64,000 bases of DNA from Eledone cirrhosa (taxonomy: Eukaryota), in the NCBI GenBank assembly GCA_964016885.1, contig OZ024743.1:175460001-175524000 (forward strand), in the 5' to 3' direction. Positions 29,163-44,802 of the stretch are shown here, in pieces. The first letter of the stretch is position 1. Every line of letters begins with the position of its first letter. The notes beneath the pieces are model-generated. The model was not told where the DNA came from, ran no database searches, and saw nothing but the letters and a program-made list of their open reading frames with translations. The position numbers and the translations under genes were made by a program.

Positions 29163-29209
29163 AGCTCTGATGATTCCTGCTATGGTGTATGGATGAAACA
29201 CTGTTAGCT
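29163..29209 (+). ncRNA. Hammerhead ribozyme motif followed by AATAAA, in a pLTR-like 3' region
   Basis: agct CTGATGA ttcc tgctatggtgtat ggat GAAAC act GTT agct aataaa; 4-bp stem I. Confidence 0.6.
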
Positions 29210-29364
29210 AATAAAACAATGTATTTCAAAGTACTCTTTGGTTATTCCTATAACTATAACGGCTCTGTAGTATACTAGTTATCCTACATTGAGCTAAAAC
29301 CACACTGTCATACCAAGGGCAATATACATCTGCATGTCTGGGCATATTGATATACTTGTCAACG

Positions 29365-29455
<91 letters not shown>

Positions 29456-31159
29456 AAGGGGGAGAAAGTCGTATCAATATATGTAACGTACAACGTTTAA
29501 AATATATGATATATATAGCTGTACAGTATATACTAAGACGTACCTAATGTATATAAGGATTCAAACCATTTAATGGCAATTGAGCTGTTGGCTTGTTTTA
29601 AAGACGCCTCATGCGAGTATTGTTGGTTTTTAATGAAGGAAGACATACTTTGAGTTATTCAAGTTTATTAATGTTTCTTCCTATGAAAAGTCGGTAATTT
29701 ATATTGAAAAATATTCTGATAACTGCTTTTGATTTAAACACTTGATTTAAAGGAATAAAAAGTTGATTTATGCCGTCAGGATTGAGTTAAATAATTATTA
29801 CTATTTTTTTTTCTTTGAAATCCAAAAGGCTAAAATGTTTGTGCTGCTAGAGGAAAATAGAATGTTAGCGTTTTATTTTTTCTCCATTTTTCGTTTTCAA
29901 ATTTCGAGATAAATATTGATGCTTGAGGAGAAAAGAAGACGTGATAAAACGTCGGCAGAATGGCATATAATTTAAAATTGAAAAGTTTAAAATTGAAGAG
30001 TGTTAACGTAAAATAAATTACTAAGCTTTTGCAAAAGGCCTGTCGTTGATAAGCAAATTAGTAATACATTTAGAATTAAACAATGGGGCTTGAAGACAAA
30101 AGCATGATACACGTAGCAAGAAATGAGGAAAATAAAGTATTGCTTCTCAAAATAGATAAGATTAGTGTGTTGAACGGTTATTATGAATCTAGAATTTTGA
30201 GGAGTAGTTTGTCTTTGATAAGGGATTTAAAAAAAATCTATTTAAAAAATACATTTTCAGGATTAAATTCATGATGTTACGTAGCAGAAATTTATTCAAT
30301 ATCGTTTTCTTTAAAACAGAATGTGATAATGTTAGTGAGTTGTATGGAAACACAATTGTAAGACATTTAGAGACAAACAGGGTTTTTATAAAAGAAGTGA
30401 TCACCTTTCTCTATTTCCTTTTTATATCGCTTTGTCAGAAGAGAAGGAAGAGCAGCGTCTGGTACTCTTTCGAAGGCCTCTGAATTTAGTGTACAGTAGA
30501 GGAGTGGGAATAATCCTCACACCGGAGACCTGACACAAATGCTCGTAGCAGAGTGGACTAAAGGTATGAAATATTTAAGCGGTGTTCTTAAACTGGACAT
30601 TGTATTAATATATCATACTGAAAACAACCTCTCATCCAACTTCATGCATGTATATACACACACATACACACACGCACACACATACACATACTTACACACC
30701 TACACACACAGACATAATGTAATATTTGCACTGAGATTTAAGGAAACATATTTATAAAGGACTCGGTGCTGGAGGCAGAACAAAAGAAACAATTTAAATG
30801 AAGTTGAAAAGACAGTAGTAGATTACAATTTAAAAGCAGTTTTATCTGGCTATTTATGAAAATGGATATCGATAGTTTGCCAGATAAAACTGTGTGAAAC
30901 TGTTATCTTGTGTCGCCATTTAAATATTATTTAAATATTATTTAAATATTATATACGTATATATATATGTTTGTATGCGTGTGCGTTCATGTATGTGTTT
31001 GTATATGTGTATGTGTTGGTGTATGTGTGTATGTACATATGTGTATGTTACACACACACACATATATATATACAGTATATCATGCAACTTTTTAATTGCA
31101 TTGCTAGTTGCGCTACTACTGATTGAAACCGGTAAAAGAATATATATACATATATATAA

Positions 31160-31510
31160 CTGAAAATAGATAAATTAATGTAAGCAAGAAGCCAGCAGTA
31201 ATTCAGACATATAAGTGACTATTACGTCAAGATAAAACATATTTAACGTAAGATATGGGAAAATAATTTAATCCCAATTCAAAACAAGTCAAGACCAGAA
31301 ATGTTATCCACAGATTTTGTGTAATCCGGGGAAGAAACCAATAGAATCTTAACTCAAAATAAAATTAAGAGTAAATACTTATCCGTCAATTTGGAAAAAT
31401 CTATAAATGCACTATATAGTCTTAAAAAGACTATTTCACGAAACTTTTCAGTGGGGTTAGTCACGGTTGGAGTCGTTCATCAGTAGTGCTCAACACGTTA
31501 ACTAATACCA
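31160..31510 (-). mobile_element. Diverged relative of the 21916 unit with a hammerhead-like motif (31429-31483)
   Basis: Minus strand CTGATGA acga...tcgt GAAATAGTC; flanks alignable by eye to 21940-22270. Confidence 0.55.
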
Positions 31511-31513
31511 CAG

Positions 31514-31717
<204 letters not shown>

Positions 31718-31832
31718 TGAGATATTTTTAGACTGGAGCTGTTAGAACATTATGAAACTCTATGCTGAAAAAATCTGTATGTAGATAATTTTGTTACGGT
31801 TCTATGCTCCACGTTTAACTTTCTACCGTTTC

Positions 31833-32138
31833 ATAATGATTGTTTCTATTATTGGCACAAGGCCAGCAATTATCCCAGTGCATTACTGGTACATTATTTT
31901 ATCGACGCCGTAAGGATGAAAGGCAAAGTTAACCTCGGCGGGATTTGAACTCAGACCATAAAGGGACGTTTCATAATAATGGTTTCTTATATAGGCACAA
32001 GGCCAGCAATTTTTGGGGAGGAGAAACTCGATTAAATCGACACCAGTGCGTGACTGGTACTTTATTTTATCAACCCCGTAAGGATGAAAGGCAAAGTTAA
32101 CCTCAGCGGGATTTGAACTCAGACCATAAAGGGACGTT
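31833..32138 (-). mobile_element. Two tandem 5'-truncated family A SINEs
   Basis: Both copies end (+ strand) at gatttgaactcagaccataaagggacgttt. Confidence 0.85.
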
Positions 32139-32139
32139 T

Positions 32140-33912
<1,773 letters not shown>

Positions 33913-34254
33913 GTGAAAAGTTGAAGTTTTTTTTCCGCTCAATTCCAGTTATGAAATTATCTAATTCTCAATACTAAAAGAATATAATTATTATACCAGT
34001 TTATATTTTTTTTCTCCATAGTACCTTATGAAATAGAATATTCTTGCTGCAACCAGACTTTAGAATAATTCTCTTGTGGGGCTTTCCAAATTTCTTCGTT
34101 TCTAGTTTCTTTTCAACGTATTTTTTTAGCAGAAAGTAGATCTCTAATTCTTCTCACATCGCAATACATTTTTTATTAATTTGCAGGAAGAAGCAACTTA
34201 GACAAAATAAAATAAAATAAATTTGAAGAGAACAAACAGTATGTAATAATAATA

Positions 34255-34547
34255 ATAATAATTCTTTCTACTTTTGGCACAAGGCCAGCAAAATATCCAG
34301 TGTATTACTGGTACTTTATTTTATCGACCCCGTAAGGATTGAAAGGCAAAGTTATAATAACTGTTTCTACTTTTGGCACAAGGCCAGCAATTACCCAGTG
34401 CATTACTGGTACTTTATTTTATCGACCCCGTAAGGATGAAAGGCAAAGTTAACCTTGGCAGGATTTGAACTCAGAATGGCAAGGGCCGTAACTCTATGCA
34501 TCAAAGCATGGCGTCCGACCCTCTACCGATACTGACAATCCACCGCC
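34255..34547 (-). mobile_element. Family A SINE, partial plus full-length tandem copies
   Basis: Full head GGCGGTGGATTGTCAGTATCGG on the minus strand; flanked by (AAT)n. Confidence 0.85.
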
Positions 34548-34584
34548 CTGTTATAATAATAATAATAGCAAAGTTATAATAATA

Positions 34585-35100
34585 ATGATGATTATGATGA
34601 TGGTGATGATAATGGTGATGATGGTGATGATAATGGTGATGATGGTGATGATAATGATGGTGGAGATGATGATGATGGTGATGATGATGATGATGATGAT
34701 GGTGATGATGATAATGGTGAGGAGGATGTTGGTGATGACGATGATGATACATGATGAAGATGATGATGATGATACATGATGATGGTGATGTGACGATGAT
34801 GATGGTGGGGATGGTGATGGTGATGATGATGATGGTGGTGATTATATTGATGATGATAATGATGATGATTATATTGATGATGATGATGGTGATGATGCTG
34901 ATTATGGTGATGTCACAGATGATGGATGATGATTATGATGATGATGTCGCTGATGATGATGATGGTTGTGATGCTGTTGATGATGATGATAGTGATGATG
35001 ATGATGATGGTGGTGATGAGGGTGATGATGATGATGGTGATAATGATGGTGATGATGATGGTGGTGATTATAATGATGATGATAATGATGATGATGATAA
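34585..35100. repeat. Imperfect (GAT/GGT)n repeat
   Basis: Direct reading. Confidence 0.9.
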
Positions 35101-35194
35101 TTATTAATATCGTTATTATTTCTAATATTGAGAAGAGAAAAGTTGAATATGTCGACTTCTTTCTTGACTGCTATGTATGTGTGTATATACAAAG

Positions 35195-35272
<78 letters not shown>

Positions 35273-35274
35273 AT

Positions 35275-36456
35275 CTCTTTCTCTTAATTTCGAGTATATT
35301 TTTTTTGACCGGCCACCTTCCTGGTGGCAAGGTTGTAAGAGAAAAGAAATTGTCATCCCTTGAATCGCAAGAATGTTTTGCAAATTTTGAAGGTGCCAGC
35401 TATCGCAGCCATTTGTAGACTATGAATTAGGGAGCTGCGCTTTTTGTCCGCAAATCCAAGTTCAGTCATACTTTGGTCCAAGCGGGTTGGTATATAACCC
35501 GTAGCTCCAATAATGATGGGTATGAAGCTAAAGGTGTATCTTGGGTACTGGATTTGTAAACTCCTCATCAATGGTCCGTAGATGTCCTCCTTCTCCTGTA
35601 TTTTTCTGACAACGTTTACATCAAGTGGGCAGCTGATCTCCACAACAGAACACGTTTTCAATGTGTGGTCCCAAACAACAATATCAGGCCGGTTGTGCTT
35701 TAATTTGGTGGCAGTTTTTATTTTCAGGTTCTACCAGTATTCCTTAGTGCCATCTGTCTCAATATATTCTTCTTCGTTTGTTGTTAATTTTGTTTTCCGA
35801 AGTGCGTTCCAGATGGTTCTAGCTATCCCATCGTGTCTCATGGGGAGGTAGTAGCGAGATGACATTCTTTCGCAGCTGGCAACAATGTGGCTTACATCCT
35901 CGATCTTTGTTTTACATAGCCTACATTTATTGTCAGCTGCTGCCCCTCCTCTTTTGTGCAGCAGATATTTGGTAGGGAGTTCTTGTTCCTGTATTGCATA
36001 GAGATATCCCTCAAGGTGTGATGTCATAAACTTGTCGGAACTCCATGCCAGGCTTTTTGAGTGGCTTATCCCCTCTATGGTCTGTGTTTTACGCCTCAAG
36101 TATCCATGCACAACTTTTTCTGTAAATTGGCCAATTGAATAGGATCTTCCGATTTCTCTGGGTGAGAGATTTATATCAGGCTTTATTCCATATCTCTCCT
36201 CCAGATCAGTCGCTATTCTAATGATATTTTTTTTTCATGCTCATAAACCTGGGCAAGATGGTTGCCAACCTTTTTCCTCTGTTGAAGGTGTTGCTTCAGT
36301 GTTACTATCCGGGTTTCATATGTTGTTAATATTGATTTTAGACCCCAGCCACCTTCCTTGCGTGAGAAGTATAGCCTATCCACATCACCATTGATGTTAA
36401 AGTTCCCAGTAATACTGAGAAGTTTTCGAGTTCTAACATCCATCTCACTTATTTCT
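35275..36456 (-). mobile_element. R4/Dong-clade non-LTR retrotransposon, 5'-truncated and disrupted, embedded in (TATG)n
   Basis: DVDRLYFSRKEGGWGL (RT C-terminus), CRLC...EDVSHIVASC (CCHC), RHD, NRPDIVV...VVEISCP (RLE). Confidence 0.9.
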
Positions 36457-36540
36457 TGTATGTATGTATGTATGTATGTATGTATGTATGTATGTATGTA
36501 TGTATGTATGTATGTATGTGTGTGTATGTATTATATATGT

Positions 36541-37071
36541 CAGGTGTCTTTTAAGTGCTACTTGTAACATGTAACCCAGTACAACCTGTCGCATGGTCGG
36601 GTCGTAGGTGATTAAACCAGCAACCCCACCAAGTTTACTTGGTGAGGAGAGTGATTTTGGACACCCTGCAGGACAAAAGCAAAACCTGACAAAGAACGGG
36701 AGAACTCATAAGAGTCAACGGCCGTCCAAAAATGTGTAAATATGTATATACACATGTACCGCGCGCTTAAACCACTGGGAGTGAAGGAACCCTAGCCTTT
36801 GTCAGGGCATTCTTCTAGGAGAAGGCAATTCAGGAAACTGGAATAACTCGACATACTTCCTGCGGCTCAGTAGTTACCGATGATGTTGATCTTTTCTTAT
36901 TTTCGGGTTATAGCTACTGTCGCTCAGAGAGTGGGATTGGCTCAGTGCACAGTCTTTCCTCACTTTAAAAAAAATTTTCACGCACAGGCATTGCACGATA
37001 GCCTTAATTAATTATTATTAATAATGTTATATCATGCAATGGCCATACTCGATAACGAGGGGACAGCCATT
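36541..37071 (+). mobile_element. Non-autonomous RTE-derived element (longer, diverged variant)
   Basis: RTE-5'UTR-like TAGGAGAAGG motif; tail ggccatactcgataacgaggggacagccatt(ATGT)n. Confidence 0.6.
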
Positions 37072-37094
37072 ATGTATGTATGTATGTATGTATG

Positions 37095-37122
<28 letters not shown>

Positions 37123-37125
<3 letters not shown>

Positions 37126-37545
37126 GGGGTCATCTCCGGGAGAGATGACCCCTTAGCCTTTGTCAAGGCAGAATTCTAGAAGGAAAACTCTGATATAACA
37201 CCTGCAACCCTGATGGTATCCAATGATGTTGACTTGTTCTTCTTTTTGGTAAATATCATCTTGGTTAAGAGAGTGGGACTGGCTTTGTGCAGTGCCTTTG
37301 CTCACTATAAAAGCTTCACCGCACAGGCATTGCTTTATATCTGGAGATCTCTCTGCACTTGTCATCACAGGGTACAATGGGCCCAGCACTATGTGTCAAT
37401 AATTGTCACAAGTGTAGTGTTTGTACCAGAGTTTGCAAGTCGCTGGCTGGACTAAAAAGTCACACTCGTTCAGCGCATCAGTAGGGGTTCTCCTACATGG
37501 ATATAAAGTAGTGGCCGTACTCGAAAACGAGTTGGCAGCCACAAT
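37123..37545 (+). mobile_element. Non-autonomous RTE-derived element with a 14-bp fold-back at its 5' junction
   Basis: taaggggtcatctc-cggga-gagatgacccctta; body near-identical to 39950-40362; (ATGT)n on both sides. Confidence 0.7.
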
Positions 37546-38447
37546 GTATGTGTATGTATGTATGTATGTATGTATGTATGTATGTATGTATGTATGTATG
37601 TATGTATGTATGTATGTATGTATGTGTGTATGTATGTATGTATGTATGCATGCATGCATGTATGTATGTATGTATGTATGTATGTATGTATGTATGTATG
37701 TATGTATGTATGTATGTATGTATGTATGTGAGTGTACGTATGTATGTATGTATGTTTGAAGGTATGGCAGTAAATGTAGACCTCGTTTTATAACCAGTGA
37801 TTGTTTAATCACGGCTATTCACTTCACATCTATATCCCCCCCCCCTCCCAATGTATCCAATAGTACGTCATGTCAGGTAACATGTCACAGGTCACCAACT
37901 AGTATTACGCTCTCTCCCTGTTATAGCACATGATTCAACTTCTGACTCATAAAAGGAGACTAAGCAAGTGACGAAAGCCATTCTCTGGAACCTGTTACAC
38001 CAAGCCTAGAAAACTTGAATGGATCTTCGTCTATTTCGACGATGAATGTTCCAGTGTTTCGATCAACGGAACGGCCTCTCGAGAAATTAATGTGTAAGTG
38101 GTTGAGCATTTCATAGACACAGGCACGTGTACCCTTAACGTAATTCTCAAGGATATTCAGCGTGACACACTCTGTGACAAGACTAGAGTTTTGAAATACA
38201 GGTATAGTCCATCTGACGGGCTTCAAAACTGGTTCCGTCTACCATATTTCAATCACAATACCCTATGAAGTAAGTCCTCTTATTGATTCAGTGCAGATTG
38301 AAGTAAAAACAAAAAGCTTATAATCGGCAAAAAAATGAAATAAATTCCTAATTTAGCGCGTGGACTTTTGCTTATTATAGTGAGAGATGGGGAGAGCGAG
38401 AGAGGTGGAAGCAGTGAGTGAAAGACAAAGAAAATCAACACTTATTT

Positions 38448-38514
<67 letters not shown>

Positions 38515-38524
38515 AGTTAAGTCA

Positions 38525-38861
38525 GTTCAGACACAAGGTTCGCAATTTTAGCGTTGGGGAAGTTGATTAAATCGAACCCAGTACTTGACTAGGAATATAT
38601 TTTGTTGAGCCACAAGGGTGAAAGGTAAAGTTACCCTCGGTCAGATTTGAAATCAGGACGTTGAAAAACGTAACTAAATACCACAAAACATTTTGTCCGG
38701 CATTCTAAAGAATCTACTGATCCATCGTCATTGGATATAATGAAATAATTGTTTCTACTTTTGGCAGAAGGCCAGCAAATTAACCAGTGTATTACTGGTA
38801 CTTTATTTTATCGACCCGGTAAGGATGAAAGGCAAAGTTAACCTCGGCGGGATTTTAACTC
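38525..38861 (-). mobile_element. Old and young family A SINE copies
   Basis: Two copies of the (a/g)tgaaagg(c/t)aaagtta.cctcgg motif. Confidence 0.7.
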
Positions 38862-38879
38862 ATATAATGAAATAATAGT

Positions 38880-39204
38880 AAGGAAAACTCTGATGTAAAC
38901 CCTGCGACTCGATGTCGGCCAATGATTATTATTTTTTTTTTGTATAAATATCACTGTTGTTCAAAGAGTAGGATTGGTCGAGTGCAAAGCCTTTCTTCAC
39001 TTAAAAATGATTCAAGCACAGGCATCACTTGATCTAAACGACTTTCACGTGTGTTGCAAGAGAACGGCCCTTTCTTTTTGCTTTCCCGACAGTATCTGCA
39101 GAAATTTGTTGAAGTCCTTGGCAGGGCTAAAATATCATGTCTGTGACACCCATATATGAAACAAAGTTCAAGGGATGGCAATTCTCGAAACCGAGATGCA
39201 ACAA

Positions 39205-39205
<1 letters not shown>
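38880..39205 (+). mobile_element. Diverged RTE-derived non-autonomous element
   Basis: aggaaaactctgat...gcacaggcat...ctcgaaaccgag then (ATGT)n. Confidence 0.5.
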
Positions 39206-39235
<30 letters not shown>

Positions 39236-39289
39236 TGTATGTATGTATGTATGTATGTATGTATGTATGTATGTATGTATGTATGTACA

Positions 39290-39545
39290 AGGTTGTCGTG
39301 GAGGTGCCACGGCAAAAAAGCACCCAGCCCACACTGTAAAGTGGACGTGTAGGCGCCACGGAAAAAGCACCCAGCACTCACTGTAAATGAGGTTGGTGTT
39401 AGGAAGGGCATCTAGCTGTAGAAATCAAGCCAAATCAGTTCCTATATGAGCAAGGCATGGTCAGCCGACCAGACACTGCCCACAACAGGACAAGCCGTCT
39501 AACCCATGCTAGCGTGGAAGAACGGACGTAGAACGGTGATGATGA

Positions 39546-39548
<3 letters not shown>
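39290..39548 (+). mobile_element. SINE 3' half with (GAT)n tail
   Basis: ggttggtgttaggaagggcatc...aacccatgctagcgtggaa...ggacgtagaacggtgatgatgat; a related tail is at about 23395-23428 (-). Confidence 0.6.
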
Positions 39549-39574
<26 letters not shown>

Positions 39575-39582
<8 letters not shown>

Positions 39583-39745
39583 TAACAGATTAAAGTTTAA
39601 GCAAAGAATCGCTGCTTTCACCCTTAACGGGATCTTCTGAAACTAAAAATATCAATCTGTGAACGCAGAAGTAAATATTTCGAAAAACGTTGCAACTGAA
39701 GGAAAACAGGAAGGGAAGACAATACTTTGGTTCGTGAAGACGTTC
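39575..39745 (-). mobile_element. Fragment homologous to the Helitron-like element at 46512
   Basis: Reverse complement of about 46735-46890. Confidence 0.65.
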
Positions 39746-39848
39746 CCTGGCAATGAACGGAAAAAAGCGAAGATAATACGTCATTTCTGTAATCTGACAA
39801 GCGATTGCAATAGTCTGAGTAGAGTTTGCATTAACATGTATGTATATG

Positions 39849-40362
39849 TTTCTTGGTGAGGAGGGTGACTTTGGACATCCTGCAGGACTAAAAACAAAAC
39901 CTGTCAAAGGGCAAAGGAGCTCTTAAGAGTCAATGGCCATCCAAAATCACCGGGAGAGATGACCCCTTAGCCTTTGTCAAGGCAGAATTCTAGGAGAAGA
40001 ACAACTCTGATATAACACCTGCAACTCTGATGGTATCCAATGATGTTGACTTGTTCTTCTTTTTGGTAAATATCATCTTGGTTAAGAGAGTGGGACTGGC
40101 TTTGTGCAGTGCCTTTGCTCACTATAAAAGCTTCACGGCACAGGCATTGCTTTATATCTGGAGATCTCTCTGCACTTGTCGTCACATGGTACCATGGGCC
40201 CAGCACTATGTGTCAATAATTGTCACAAGTGTAGTGTTTGTACCAGAGTTTTCAAGTCGCTGGCTGGACTAAAAAGTCACGTTCGTTCAGCGCATCGGTA
40301 GGAGTTCCCCTACATGGATATAAAGTAGTGGCCGTACTCGAAAACGAGTTGGCAGCCACCAT
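39849..40362 (+). mobile_element. Non-autonomous RTE-derived element
   Basis: 5' part matches 36640-36730, 3' part matches 37136-37545; (ATGT)n tail. Confidence 0.7.
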
Positions 40363-40392
40363 GTATGTATGTATGTACGTATGTATGTATGT

Positions 40393-41298
40393 TTTCTCTT
40401 TCTCTTAATTTTGAGTATATTTTTTTGACCGGCCACCTTCCTGGTGGCAAGGTTGTAAAAGAAAAGAAATTGTCATCCCTTGAATCGCAAGAATGTTTTG
40501 CAAATTTTGAAGGTGCCAGCTATCGCAGCCATTTGTAGACTATGAATTAGGGAGCTGCGCTTTTTGTCCGCAAATCCAAGTTCAGTCATACTTTGGTCCA
40601 AGCGGGTTGGTATATAATCCGTAGCACCAATAATGATGGGTATGAAGCTAAAGGTGTATCTTGGATACTGGATTTGTAAACTCCTCATCAATGGTCCGTA
40701 GATGTCCTCCTTCTCCTGTATTTTTCTGACAACGTTTACATCAAGTGGGCAGCTGATCTCCACAACAGAACACGTTTTCAATGTGTGGTCCCAAACTACA
40801 AAATCAGGCCGGTTGTGCTTTAATTTGGTGGCAGTTTTTATTTTTAGGTTCCACCAGTATTCCTTAGTGCCATCTGTCTCAATATATTCTTCCTAGTTTG
40901 TTGTTAATTTTGTTTTCCGAAGTGCGTTCCAGATGGTTCTAGCTATCCCATCGTGTCTCATGGGGAGGTAGTAGCGAGATGACATTCTTTCGCAGCTGGC
41001 AACAATGTGGCTAACATCCTCGATCTTTGTTTTACATAGCCTACATTTATTGTCAGCTGCTGGCCCTCCTCTTTTGCGCAGCAGATATTTGGTAGGGAGT
41101 TCTTGTTCCTGTATTGCATAGAGATATCCCTCAAGGTGTGATGTCATAAACTTGTCGGAACTCTATGCCAGGCTTTTTGAGTGGCTTATCCCCTCTATGG
41201 TCTGTGTTTTACGCCTCAAGTATCCATGCACAACTTTTTCTGTAAATTGGTCAATTTTTTAATCTTGTTTGAGAGATTTATATCAGGCTTTATTCCAT
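40393..41298 (-). mobile_element. Second R4/Dong-clade LINE copy, 5'-truncated, embedded in (TATG)n
   Basis: Nearly identical to 35275-36190, with the same 3' end. Confidence 0.9.
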
Positions 41299-41561
41299 GT
41301 ATGTATGTATGTATGTATGTATGTATGTATGTATGTATGTATGTATGTATGTATGTATGTATGTATGTATGTATGTATGTATGTATGTACGTACGTACGT
41401 ATGTATGTATGTATGTATGTATGTATGTATGTATGTACGTATGTATGTATGTATGTACGTAAGTATGTATGTATGTATGTATGTATGTACGTACGTATGT
41501 ATATATGTTCGTACGTATGTATGTATGTACGTATGTATGTATGTATGTATGTATGTATGTA

Positions 41562-41601
<40 letters not shown>

Positions 41602-41815
41602 GTGTGTGTGTGTGTGTGTGTGCGTATATATTTATAATATATAATATATTAGAAAGGAAAGAAACCTTTGGTAGAGTAAAACATGTTTGAAAAATGATAA
41701 GAAATGATAAGAACGACTTCCCTTGATTCATTTCCTTTCATGATCAAATGTTTATAAAACGTAGAAAACATTTGATCATTTAAGACGAATCACGAGAAAA
41801 GTAATTCTTGACAGT

Positions 41816-41891
<76 letters not shown>

Positions 41892-42014
41892 ATATAATAC
41901 ATATATATATATAATACATATGTGTATACATATGTATATATGTATTATATACATATATATGTGTGTATACATACGTATATATGTATTATATATATACATA
42001 TACATATACATATG

Positions 42015-42420
<406 letters not shown>

Positions 42421-42422
<2 letters not shown>

Positions 42423-42593
42423 TCGGTAGAGGGTCAGAAGCCATGTTTTCCAGCAGAGTTACGTCCCTTTACGGTCTGAGTTCAAATCCCGCAGAGGTTA
42501 ACTTTGCCTTTCATCCTTACGGGGTCGATAAAATAAAGTACCAGTAATGTACTGAGTAATTGGTGGCCTTGTGCCAAAAGTAGAAACAATTAT
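42421..42593 (+). mobile_element. Family A SINE
   Basis: B-box, central domain and tail present. Confidence 0.85.
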
Positions 42594-42614
42594 TATATAT
42601 TATATATATGTAAA

Positions 42615-42830
42615 GTGAAGGCGTATGGCTGAGTGGTTAGAGAATTGGATTCAATCTTGAGGTTGTGAGTTCGATTCCTGGACTGAGCGATGCGTTATGT
42701 CCTTGAGCAAGACACTTTATTTCACGTTGCTCCTTCTACCTCGAGTTGCGACCGATAGATAGTATTAGCAACTGGAAAGACCAACGGAAACACTGTTTCC
42801 TCGGTCCGATTGGACGAAAGTCGATCGATC
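42615..42830 (+). mobile_element. Family B tRNA-derived CORE-type SINE
   Basis: A-box TGGCTGAGTGG, B-box GAGTTCGATTCC, TGTCCTTGAGCAAGACACTT. Confidence 0.85.
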
Positions 42831-43502
42831 ATTTATATATATGTAAGGATGGATGTAAAAGATAAACAGAAATAACAAAGCAAACGACACAGTACATTGA
42901 AGAAATAAGTTTAACGCTCGAAATTACAGGAAATGATTCGTAACGTTGCAGCCACTGGTCTATCATCGGAAGACAGAATTAGAAATAGAAGATTCAAGGG
43001 AAAGATAAAGAGTGCGAAGATGAAAAAACGGAGAAAAAACGAGAATAATGGGGAAAGAAACACACACGTGCAGATCCAGTCAGCTATTTTACACACACAC
43101 ACACACACATATATATATGTGAAGATATTATTTTTACCTCCGACGTATTCGGCAATGAGAGTTCCAGTTTATTAATGGAAATGTCTATCCATTAAGCCAA
43201 CGTATAAGAGACTGTGTATTCTACAGGCACGCATATCCTTAAACTAATTCGCAGAGAGATTATACTGTGGTCATGGGTCTGCTCGACAACACTAATAACA
43301 ACAATAGAGACGAGAATAGTAACGACACGACGAAATACAACAGAAACAGCAACAAATTTATTTCGATAATTCTAATACATTTATTATAAAGTGGTGAATT
43401 GGCAGAGTTTTTAGAACATCAAATAGAATGCATTGCAGTATTCGTTCCAACTAACTGCCGAAGTCAACTTTGCCTGAATTCTTTTCAAGGTCGATAAATC
43501 AG

Positions 43503-43591
<89 letters not shown>

Positions 43592-44323
43592 CTGTCTGTC
43601 TGTCTGTCTGTCGATCTATCTACCCGTGTCTTTCTCTGGAAGAAACCGACTATGTTCAAACCTGGACAGAGATGGAATCTGCCAAATTTCAATGTCATGA
43701 AGACGCCCCTTCGACTCAGTCAGACATTCAGAGCCCCTGAACTGATGAATGAAACGCTTATATTGATATGAAATTGAAATAAGGGGTTGTTAGTGTCATT
43801 GTTTTCTCAAGTTGTAGTGAAGTAACATGGCGCCTTCTGCAGAAGTAAAATGACTAAACATGTATTGTCTTAGTAAACGAGGTAGGAAAATTATATGGTT
43901 GCATGAAATAAAGCAAAATATATAAATGCAAGTGAGAACGAGAGAAAGTGAAAAAAAAAATTAAGGGAAGAGTGACGTTGAGGAAGATGTGGTAGTAGAA
44001 GTAAAGCAGGCGAGAGAGGGAGTGAGAGAGAAAAGAGAGAAAAAGAGAGAGAGAGGGGAAGAAAGATAAAATATATATATGTGTATATATATATATATAT
44101 ACATGTAAGTATGTATGTATGTATACGTACATACATATATGTATACATAGGTACAGTAGTGTGTATATATATACATACATGCACACATATATATATGCAC
44201 GTATCGGTTTACCGAACATTTATTATAATGCTCGGTTTGTTTGTAAACAAATAAACAGCCCGAATTACGCCGTACAATGTTTAGGCAACCACGTCACCTT
44301 TTTGTTCAACACTGACACAGGAA

Positions 44324-44364
44324 CAATGTACTAGTTTCAAGCTTATTAGCTATCGTCAGCATCG
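44324..44364 (-). ncRNA. Minimal type-I hammerhead ribozyme (cleanest example)
   Basis: cgatg CTGACGA t agct aata agct t GAAAC TA GTA cattg: 5-bp stem I, 4-bp stem II, palindromic ACTAGT stem III, GUA cleavage triplet. Confidence 0.75.
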
Positions 44365-44481
44365 TATACCTTCCTGCCAGAATGTCTGAAAGTATATACT
44401 TTCCTTATGCATATTAACTGCCGTACTAAGAGTGAGAAATGAAATTTCGTTTCATTCTATTCCATATATATATATATATAT

Positions 44482-44745
44482 ATGATGGCTGCCCCCTCGT
44501 CATCGAGTATGGCCATTACACGAGAAAAAAAAAAAAAAAATAATAATAAATAAAAAAAAAAAGAAATATATATATATATACATATACATACACATATACA
44601 CACACACACCCACACACACATATACACACACACATACATTAATAACAATAATAATAATAATAATAACAACAATAATAATAACGACAACAACAATAATAAT
44701 ATACATATACATATATATATACACACACACACACACACATAAGCG

Positions 44746-44802
<57 letters not shown>

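Noticed and set aside
37927-38269. Plus-strand exon suggested by a pyrimidine tract-AG and a GTAAGT
   Set aside because: All three plus-strand frames contain early stops.
43690-43766. Hammerhead-like tcaatgtc ATGAAGA...GAAAC...atattga
   Set aside because: Core C3 is missing and stem II is unconvincing; at best a decayed copy.
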